Source of the DNA: Bythopirellula sp.
GTDB lineage: Bacteria; Planctomycetota; Planctomycetia; Pirellulales; Lacipirellulaceae
Direction of reading: 5' to 3'
Assembly: GCA_965216565.1 (NCBI GenBank)
Contig: OZ244170.1
Location: 2,016,001 to 2,080,000, forward strand
DNA: 64,000 nucleotides
This document shows positions 56,747 through 64,000 of this stretch, piece after piece (position 1 is the stretch's first letter; every line of letters starts with the position of its first letter). The translations under genes were made by a program, and so were the position numbers. The notes beneath the pieces were generated by a model that saw only the letters and a list, made by a program, of their open reading frames with translations, was not told the origin of the DNA and ran no database searches.

Positions 56747-58186
56747 ATGGCTTCTAATCCCTATCCCTGCAATCGCAACACACCCGCAATGGCCGATGCA
56801 CGGATGACGAATCGCCGTTGGTTTCTCGGTCAGTGCGGGGTCGGGCTCGGTTCTATTGCCCTCAACAGTTTGTTGGCAAGCGAATGTGAGGCATCTTCCA
56901 GAGACCCACTGGCACCGAAGCAAGCCCATCATCGTCCCCGCGCCAAAAACGTGATTTTGCTATTCATGGGAGGAGGTCCCAGCCAGTTTGAAATGTGGGA
57001 CTACAAGCCGGATCTTGAAAGACTAGATGGGACGATGCCTCCTCCGGAGGTTTTGGAAGGCTATCGTGCCGCGTTTATCAATCCGAATTCTAAGCTTCTT
57101 GGACCAAAATATAATTTCACCGAGTGCGGTGATAACGGCCTGCATGTTTCCGAACTACTCCCCTATACGCGAAAAGTCTTGCAAGACTTGTGCGTAGTCC
57201 GTTCTGCAACGACGGATGCATTCAACCATGCCCCTGCACAATTATTCATGCAAAGCGGCTCACAACAATTTGGACGTCCCAGCATGGGTGCCTGGACAAC
57301 CTACGGATTGGGAAGCGAGTCGCGCGACCTTCCAGCTTTTGTAGTTTTCAACTCCGGTGTCAAAGGCCCGAGTGCTGGTTCCGCGAATTGGGGTTCTGGA
57401 TTCTTACCGACCGTTCATTCAGGCGTTGAATTTCGTAGCAGCGGCGATCCGGTGCTCTTTGTTTCTTCTCCGAATGGGATCACTGACCATTTGCAGCGAA
57501 AGTCCATTGATACGATCAACGCTTTGAATCGCAAGAATTTTCAAATCTTCGGCGACCCCGAGATTGCTACCAGAATCAATTCCTACGAGATGGCCTACCG
57601 AATGCAAACGAGTGCTCCGGAAGCTGTTGACTTATCGAGTGAAACGAATCAAACGCTGGAGCTCTATGGAATCGACATGGGGAAACCGTCATTCGCCAAG
57701 AATTGCCTGCTAGCGCGTAGGCTGGTCGAGCGGGGGGTCCGATTTGTGCAGCTATTCCACGAATCGTGGGATCAACACAGCCATTTGACTGAGAAAGTGA
57801 AACGCAATTGTCTGGCAACCGACCAGGCATGTGCCGCGCTGATTACAGATCTAAAACAGAGGGGGATGCTCGAGGATACGCTAGTAATCTGGACCGGAGA
57901 GTTTGGTCGCACGCCAATGGTCCAAGGCAATGATGGGCGGGACCATCATCCCAATGCATTTACTATGTGGATGGCCGGCGGAGGGACCAAACCGGGACTC
58001 GTTTACGGATCGACCGACGACCTAGGATTTAACGTAGCAGAAAAACCAGTTCATGTTCACAACTTGCACGCCACAATCTTGCATCTATTGGGTTTGGAAC
58101 ACACTCGTCTAACCTACCGCTTTCAAGGCCGCGACTATCGCCTGACAGATGTTCATGGCGAAGTGATGGACGATCTTATAGCGTGA
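56747..58186 (+). CDS. DUF1501 domain protein (Tat signal)
   Basis: NRRWFL, LFMGGGPSQ, NHAPAQ, CLLARRLVERGVRFVQ, WDQH, GEFGRTP, GRDHHP, RLTDVHG. Confidence 0.93.
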   Translation: MASNPYPCNRNTPAMADARMTNRRWFLGQCGVGLGSIALNSLLASECEASSRDPLAPKQAHHRPRAKNVILLFMGGGPSQFEMWDYKPDLERLDGTMPPPEVLEGYRAAFINPNSKLLGPKYNFTECGDNGLHVSELLPYTRKVLQDLCVVRSATTDAFNHAPAQLFMQSGSQQFGRPSMGAWTTYGLGSESRDLPAFVVFNSGVKGPSAGSANWGSGFLPTVHSGVEFRSSGDPVLFVSSPNGITDHLQRKSIDTINALNRKNFQIFGDPEIATRINSYEMAYRMQTSAPEAVDLSSETNQTLELYGIDMGKPSFAKNCLLARRLVERGVRFVQLFHESWDQHSHLTEKVKRNCLATDQACAALITDLKQRGMLEDTLVIWTGEFGRTPMVQGNDGRDHHPNAFTMWMAGGGTKPGLVYGSTDDLGFNVAEKPVHVHNLHATILHLLGLEHTRLTYRFQGRDYRLTDVHGEVMDDLIA

Positions 58187-58234
58187 CTCAGATCTCAGGA
58201 ATTAGATTGAGCAATCCATGTGGATGTTCTCGAT

Positions 58235-59272
58235 CTACTCCGCCGCATATTTGTCATATTCTTTAGCTATCTGTGCCTGTTTCTCATCCCCTCGGTGCAA
58301 GATCATTCGATAGCGAAACTGCAAAGAATCGTTTCCAGGAACAGTCAATCGAAGTGGACGCTTAGTGACGTCGCTATCGGGATCAGTGAAAGCCTCTTTC
58401 CCGAATGGGTTCGATGCGAAGAGACCATAGGTTCGCACGTGCCAACGTGGTTTGGGATCGAAACTATTCGGATGGCACAGAATTGCAATGCCGACTGTCT
58501 CGCCGTCCACGGGCCCATGGTAGTCGACCCACTCAGCTCGCTGTGCCCAAGCGTCGACATCGGTCTTGCCGGTACTGGTGATGATCTCCCCGCCCAGTTC
58601 GGCATCGACACGCATAGTCGGAGCTACTCGCACAGCAAAGAGTCCTTCTTTGCTATCTCCAATCCGCAAGGGGCCTGCCGAAGCCTTTAGTTCGACATGG
58701 CAGTCAATCCAGCGGAGCTCACTGGTACAGCCAAACCGAAACGTACGAGTATCGGAACACACGAGTTCGCCTGTTTTGCTCATCCAATCGTTCTTCGCCA
58801 CGATCGTAACACCATTGGAGTCTGACTTGACTTCGCTGAATTCACGATGCTTCACGGTTCCTATTGGAAAAGGACGAGTCTCATCTTTCTCTGGCTCGTG
58901 CCAATAGTCGTTGCCATTGAGCCCCTCGTAGCCAAACCACATCGATCGATGATGCAAATGGTCTTTTTCTTCTTGATCACTACCCTTGCCGACAGGGTAG
59001 GCTCTCGTCATCCGCTTACCCGTTGGGCCTACGAGAGGCCATAGCACCGGCCGAGTGCCAGAGAGAATGTGATAACGGGTGAACAGCTCATCGTCGATCA
59101 GGACGTTGACGCCGTGCGAATCTTCGGTGCAGGAGAACTTCGGAGTGGCCGCGGTCGCCACGGACACGCCAAAGACTGTTGCGAATAGAAGCACAATCGC
59201 CAGCAAATGCCTTATCGAACACGATAGTTGACTTGGAGAATGGCCTGGGTACTCGATCCGAGTTGGGTTCAC
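58235..59272 (-). CDS. PmoA-like family (DUF6807) exported protein of unknown function
   Basis: Signal peptide; DHLHHRSMW, DSKEGLFAVRV, WHVRTYGLFASNPFG; GTGA overlap with uxaC. Confidence 0.75.
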   Translation of the reverse strand: MNPTRIEYPGHSPSQLSCSIRHLLAIVLLFATVFGVSVATAATPKFSCTEDSHGVNVLIDDELFTRYHILSGTRPVLWPLVGPTGKRMTRAYPVGKGSDQEEKDHLHHRSMWFGYEGLNGNDYWHEPEKDETRPFPIGTVKHREFSEVKSDSNGVTIVAKNDWMSKTGELVCSDTRTFRFGCTSELRWIDCHVELKASAGPLRIGDSKEGLFAVRVAPTMRVDAELGGEIITSTGKTDVDAWAQRAEWVDYHGPVDGETVGIAILCHPNSFDPKPRWHVRTYGLFASNPFGKEAFTDPDSDVTKRPLRLTVPGNDSLQFRYRMILHRGDEKQAQIAKEYDKYAAE

Positions 59273-60672
59273 AATTCTAATCCTAAGTAGTCGCGGGCGT
59301 TGCTAAAACAGATCCTACGCACCAAGCTGCCGACTAGTCCGAAATCATTCGGCAAAACTCCGTTCTCGAGCTCCGTACCCAACATGTTGCAGAGGCAACG
59401 TCGGAAGTATTCGTGTCTTGGGTAGGACATGAACGACCGAGAGTCGGTAAGCATTCCAACAAATGTAGACAACAGTCCAAGATTCGAGAGTGCATTCAGC
59501 TGCCAACGAATCCCTTCTTCTTGATCTAAGAACCACCAACCACTTCCAAACTGAACTTTGCCAGCAACTTCGTCGGTTTGATAGTTCCCTGCCATGGTGG
59601 CAAAGAGGTAATTTTCTCTCGGATTGAGGTTGTAGAGAATTGTTTTTGGCAGAGCCCCTTCGGCATCCAAGGCACCTAGGTACTTGGATAAACGCTGCCC
59701 CTGAGGCCAGTCGCCTATCGAGTCGTACCCAATGTCGCGTCCCACAGCGGCGAGCATTCGAGGGTTGTTGTTTCTTAAGGCACCCAGATGCAACTGCTTG
59801 GTCCAGCCCTTTTCAGCATCCCACCGCCCGAAGTGCATCATTAAGTTGCTGGCGTACTGCTCATGTTTTTGAGGATCGATCTCACCACCACGAAGTGCCT
59901 GATCGAAGATTTCACCAGCGACGTTGTCAGCACAGAAATCGGCATAGCAGTATTCCAGACCATGATCCGATAGACGGCAACCAATTTCGTGGAATGCGTC
60001 GTGGCGCTTTCTTAATGCGGTCAGGAGATCCTGGTAGGAATTGACCTCGACATCACTCACGCCTTGCAGTTTGGCAAGCCATGCCTGGAACTCTTGAGGC
60101 TCTGTGATTCTGAGTGCCGCGTCGGGACGAAACGTGGGATAGATTTTCGTCGAGAGGCCACTCTCGGCGATCGCCTTGTGTTCCGACAAATCATCAGCGG
60201 GGTCATCCGTGGTGCAGACACAGCGAACCTGGAACTTATCCAAAATTCCGTGGGCGGTGAACTCGTCCTTTTGCAACAAGCTATTGGCGTGCTTCCAGAT
60301 TTCTGGCGCGGAACTTTCGTTGAGGAGTTCATCGATGCCGAAGTATCGCTTCAATTCCAAATGCGTCCAATGGTAGAGCGGATTACGAAGCGTATTGGGA
60401 ACTGTCCCTGCCCAAGCCACAAATTTGTCGTACGGAGATGCATCGCCAGTGCAAAAACTCTCCGCCACGCCATTGGCACGCATGGCTCGCCACTTGTAAT
60501 GGTCCCCCTCAAGCCAGATTTCAAACAGATCGTTGAACCGACGATTCGAGGCTACGTCCTGCGGCGGCAAGTGGGTGTGATAGTCTAAGATCTGCTCGTC
60601 CTCGGCGTACTCGTGATAGAGTCGCTGAGCAGCCTTGGATTGCAGCAAGAAATCGTCGTGAATATAGGTCAT
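59269..60672 (-). CDS. uxaC: Glucuronate isomerase
   Basis: DYHTHL, GDHYKWRAMRANG, NPLYHWTHLEL, CTTDDP, SDHG, QLHLGALRNNN, GSGWWFLDQ, GMLTDSRSFMSYPRHEYFRR. Confidence 0.97.
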   Translation of the reverse strand: MTYIHDDFLLQSKAAQRLYHEYAEDEQILDYHTHLPPQDVASNRRFNDLFEIWLEGDHYKWRAMRANGVAESFCTGDASPYDKFVAWAGTVPNTLRNPLYHWTHLELKRYFGIDELLNESSAPEIWKHANSLLQKDEFTAHGILDKFQVRCVCTTDDPADDLSEHKAIAESGLSTKIYPTFRPDAALRITEPQEFQAWLAKLQGVSDVEVNSYQDLLTALRKRHDAFHEIGCRLSDHGLEYCYADFCADNVAGEIFDQALRGGEIDPQKHEQYASNLMMHFGRWDAEKGWTKQLHLGALRNNNPRMLAAVGRDIGYDSIGDWPQGQRLSKYLGALDAEGALPKTILYNLNPRENYLFATMAGNYQTDEVAGKVQFGSGWWFLDQEEGIRWQLNALSNLGLLSTFVGMLTDSRSFMSYPRHEYFRRCLCNMLGTELENGVLPNDFGLVGSLVRRICFSNARDYLGLEL

Positions 60673-61180
60673 AGCAATGAAGTAATTGGGGGAGAAATTA
60701 AACGCACTCCAAGGAATGCTAACTTAACATTCAGCAAGTGAATGGTGTGTTGAAAATATTGTGTACAGCTGGGCTCAGAGCGAAAGGGAAGAATCTCGCG
60801 TTCGATTCAGATTTCTTAGAAAACGCTCCTTGAGGTCGCGATTTGCGGTCGCTTTTCTGCAATCTACAAAAATAGACCAACCGCTAAGTATTTAGTTGTA
60901 AGAGACACGTGAGGCCTTCCCACGATACATAGAGCCATTTATTCCTGCGATAATCTCTCTGACTAGGCGAATCCCGGGAAAGCAGTATCAGTTCACTAGG
61001 ATTTGAAACCAGCAGAAGCCGATCACCCCGAAGTTACGTCGCGCGCACGCGGAACTCCGAAGGTCACGCAAGTTACCGAGATCTGAAGCATGCCACTGAG
61101 TCTTCCGTTAAGTGCTGGGAGCCTACTCTCTTCGCGGCACAGGCTTAGCCGCTTTCCCTTAAGCAAACTCCGCACCGGGC

Positions 61181-62992
61181 TTAGCCGCGAAAATATAAAT
61201 ACGCGGCCACAATGGCTACCAGCAAAGCGACCGATGCAAACACGTCCAGCCCGCTCCAGCTCTGCCTTGTTTCTTGCTTATGCTCTTCTGTCACCGTGCC
61301 ATAGGTTAGTCCGCTGATCTGATCGTAGTCGGGTTCGCTCGTGAGATAGCTAACCACGATCATCGCTGCGGAACTAACCAGAAAGATCAGCAGGCTGTAG
61401 TATTGAAAATAGATCTTGTTGACGACCCAGAAAAAAGAGCCAACATCGTAATAGGAGCTGTCATCGAAATACTTGGGTAGCGTGTCGACGGCAAGTCGAA
61501 ACACACCCATAGCGAATCCCACGATCAAGGCCGCCAAACATCCCTTGGCATTGAGCCGCTTCCAGAAGATGCCGAGGAAGAAAACGACAAATATCGGGGG
61601 AGCCAAGTAACCCTGCACCGACTGCAGGTAATCGTACAGCCCTCGCGACCCCTTAATCACTGGAATCCACGCCAGACCAATCAGTACCATCACGATCGTG
61701 GCTCGGCGGCCAACTCTCACAAGCTGATGCTCCGAGGCACCTGGCTTGAACTTACTATAGAGATCCATCGTGAACAGGGTCGAGCATGCGTTGAACACGC
61801 CGGCGAGCGAACTCATTAACGCAGACAGCAAACCAGCCACGACAATACCGCGGACGCCGGTGGGCAATACGTTTTTCACCATCATCGGAAAGGCCTTGCC
61901 GCTTTCGGCGATCTTCGGCTGACCATTCTCGGTACCACTTAACATCTCGCTGAAATCCATCGCGGCCAGCGTTGCATTGGCCTCAGTCGCCCCAGGGTCA
62001 CTGGTCTTTAGGATCAATCCCCAGCAGATCATCCCTGGAATGATAAAGATAAACACAGGCAGCAGCTTGAGAATTCCGGCAAAGATACTGCCGCGACGGG
62101 CCTCAGTTTCGTTTGGAGCACCCAGTGCTCGTTGCACGATATATTGGTCGGTGCACCAGTACCAGAGCCCAATGATTGGTGCGCAGAACAGCATCCCTAG
62201 CCAAGGATAGTGCCCTGGAAATTCAAAATACCAAGCCTTCTTCACCACGTCGCCAGCATCATTCGCCACTTCCACAGGAGACCAAACGCCTTCGATGCCT
62301 GTGGGCACTAGAGGCTTCCAAAGATTGAACTTGTCGTCGCCAATGGTTTCCTTCAGTTCCCCCCAACCACCGATCGCTTCCAATCCGTAGTAGGTGACCA
62401 GCGCGGAGCCGACAATCAGAATTACAGTTTGTACGGCTTCGGTGTAGGCGACGGCCCGAAATCCTCCCAACGTTGTGTAGACGCCGGTAATGAGCAGCAC
62501 CAAAATCGATCCAATCCAAAAGCTATCCAGTCGGCCAATTTGCATCTCGGGCAGCAACACCGAAAATACGATTCCACCAGCAAATATGCCAACCGCAATC
62601 TTTGTGACGACGTAAGCCACCAGTGAAATGATGGAAAGTACGTATCGAGCCGCGGGGGAAAACCGGCGCTCGAGGAACTCGGGCATCGTAAACACGCCAG
62701 AACGAGCATAGAATGGCACCATCACCCAGCCAAGGACTAGCAGGCACCAGGCATGCAGTTCGTAGTGAGCCATGGCCACACCGTCCGAAGTGCCAGAACC
62801 AGCCAGTCCAACCAAGTGCTCGGAACCAATGTTCGAGGCGAATATCGATGCCCCTACGATGAACCAGCCTAGAGAATGCCCCGCCAGAAAATAGTCAGCC
62901 GAGGTGTCCTTATTCTTCAGAACCACCCACCAGGTAATGCCCAGCAGCAATACAAAGTAGGCTGCGATGATTCCCCAATCGAGTGGCTGCAT
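61181..62992 (-). CDS. Sodium:solute symporter (SGLT-like sugar transporter)
   Basis: DYFLAG, SIFASNIGSEHLVGLAG, TMPEFLERRF, WYWCTDQYIVQRAL, LMSSLA..FN..STLFTMD. Confidence 0.93.
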   Translation of the reverse strand: MQPLDWGIIAAYFVLLLGITWWVVLKNKDTSADYFLAGHSLGWFIVGASIFASNIGSEHLVGLAGSGTSDGVAMAHYELHAWCLLVLGWVMVPFYARSGVFTMPEFLERRFSPAARYVLSIISLVAYVVTKIAVGIFAGGIVFSVLLPEMQIGRLDSFWIGSILVLLITGVYTTLGGFRAVAYTEAVQTVILIVGSALVTYYGLEAIGGWGELKETIGDDKFNLWKPLVPTGIEGVWSPVEVANDAGDVVKKAWYFEFPGHYPWLGMLFCAPIIGLWYWCTDQYIVQRALGAPNETEARRGSIFAGILKLLPVFIFIIPGMICWGLILKTSDPGATEANATLAAMDFSEMLSGTENGQPKIAESGKAFPMMVKNVLPTGVRGIVVAGLLSALMSSLAGVFNACSTLFTMDLYSKFKPGASEHQLVRVGRRATIVMVLIGLAWIPVIKGSRGLYDYLQSVQGYLAPPIFVVFFLGIFWKRLNAKGCLAALIVGFAMGVFRLAVDTLPKYFDDSSYYDVGSFFWVVNKIYFQYYSLLIFLVSSAAMIVVSYLTSEPDYDQISGLTYGTVTEEHKQETRQSWSGLDVFASVALLVAIVAAYLYFRG

Positions 62993-63183
62993 GTAGATTC
63001 CTATAAATAGGGTGGCGAGACAGAACACAAATCAGCGAAGAGTTTTGAATTCTTCACTCGACCAGTTCAACCACTATAGCCCATGTTGATGCTGAAATCA
63101 TGCAGGTTCGTTGCTGTTCAACCAAGATTTATTCCACGAATTCTACGTGGCGAAACCACGAACAAGACAACACAAATCGAACC

Positions 63184-63999
63184 CTAATGGGAATCCACAA
63201 CGCTCGTGACGAGCGGTTTATATCGATCGATAAAATCAGCTAATGTCTCACGCGCCTGCGTTAGATGCTCGTCCGTTAAGGGCAACGAAAGGAACAGATC
63301 GCCACGGCTGCAGACAAGCATGCCAGATAGCAGCAATTCCATATGCAGCAGCGCGTTCATCACTTGACATTCCGCACTTCTGATCACCATGTGCTGGAGC
63401 GGTTCGCGGGTAAAGTGAATCGCAAACATCGAGCCGAGCCCATTGCAGAACATCGGTACCTTCTTCTCGACAAACATACTATTCAGCGATTGGCGAAACG
63501 CCTCAGACCATTCGAAGAATTCTGCTGCGCGCTCGGGAGTGAATACCCTACCTAGAGCGGAAATCCCAGCAGCCATGGAGCAGACATTATTGTTGAAAGT
63601 GCCCGCATGTTTCCAAGTACCGGCTTGCTTGGGATTGTAGCACGCCATGATCTCTGCTTTGCCGCCGAATGCACCCGTCGGCAGCCCGCCACCAATGATC
63701 TTGCCTAGCATGGTCAGATCAGGCTCAATGCCTAGCATCCCCTGAACCCCCGCCGGGCCGAGGCGTGCAGTTTTGACTTCGTCAAATATCAGCAGGGCCC
63801 CCACGTCGCGAGTGGACTGCCGGAGCATCGCTAGAAACTCCGGAGAACCTGGTATGCTTCCGCCTGCACCTAAAATGGGCTCGACAATCACTGCTGCCAA
63901 TGCGTCACCCGTCTGCCGAATTGCCTCCGCCGTGCCCGCGGTGTCATTGTAATCTGCCAAGATATAATCGAATGGAACGTTAAATTCGGAAGGTCCGGT
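63184..63999 (-). CDS. Class III aminotransferase (glutamate-1-semialdehyde aminomutase-like), 5'-truncated by the window edge
   Basis: VIVEP, LLIFDEV, PDLTMLGKIIGGGLP.GAFGG, HAGTFN; frame open to the window end. Confidence 0.85.
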   Translation of the reverse strand, partial: TGPSEFNVPFDYILADYNDTAGTAEAIRQTGDALAAVIVEPILGAGGSIPGSPEFLAMLRQSTRDVGALLIFDEVKTARLGPAGVQGMLGIEPDLTMLGKIIGGGLPTGAFGGKAEIMACYNPKQAGTWKHAGTFNNNVCSMAAGISALGRVFTPERAAEFFEWSEAFRQSLNSMFVEKKVPMFCNGLGSMFAIHFTREPLQHMVIRSAECQVMNALLHMELLLSGMLVCSRGDLFLSLPLTDEHLTQARETLADFIDRYKPLVTSVVDSH

Positions 64000-64000
64000 C

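Noticed and set aside
58235..59272. Particulate methane monooxygenase subunit
   Set aside because: It is a soluble exported protein of the misleadingly named PmoA-like family; it lacks multiple TM helices and there is no pmoB or pmoC.
60673..61180. ncRNA or riboswitch in the 500-bp gap between the symporter and uxaC
   Set aside because: No recognisable riboswitch consensus or strong stem is seen, only a short GGCTTAGCCGC duplication; an Rfam scan would be needed.
63184..63999. hemL gene symbol
   Set aside because: The gene is partial and diverged (HAGTFNNN, no heme-pathway neighbours), so only a family-level call is supported.

Overview
Bacterial DNA with planctomycete hallmarks: four DUF1559 prepilin-like genes, a DUF1549/1553 + DUF1501 pair, many PEP-CTERM proteins with dockerin-like repeats and an LEPRxLL-type leader. 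It most resembles Pirellulales/Lacipirellulaceae (inference). About 1-41 kb reads as one peptidoglycan (PG) degradation and uptake locus. Exported or surface-anchored enzymes include a SpoIID-type lytic transglycosylase, two GHL10/DigH-type hydrolases, Amidase_2 and Amidase_3 amidases, a double serine-PBP fusion, GGT and an M19 dipeptidase. Transporters are AmpG and an NhaC-family protein. Cytoplasmic catabolism comes from a tandem GNAT, NagZ, DUF1611 plus a dipeptide epimerase, and NagB. DUF1559 pilin-like and non-catalytic PEP-CTERM genes are interleaved. A TGCGCA-like direct repeat with a 21-bp period precedes about 11 transcription units, and an XylR/AraC-type regulator sits at the window start. 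About 41-52 kb is an ECF sigma/anti-sigma module (DUF4394, DUF4864, HupE/UreJ, TPR, DUF4331) with three GCATC-N17-CGTA promoters, interrupted by a ~3.4 kb REP-bounded gene-cassette array. About 52-64 kb holds xylA, DUF1553/DUF1501, a PmoA-like family gene, uxaC, a sodium:solute symporter and a partial class III aminotransferase. No rRNA, tRNA, CRISPR array or transposase was seen. All family assignments come from motif recognition by eye, not database searches.
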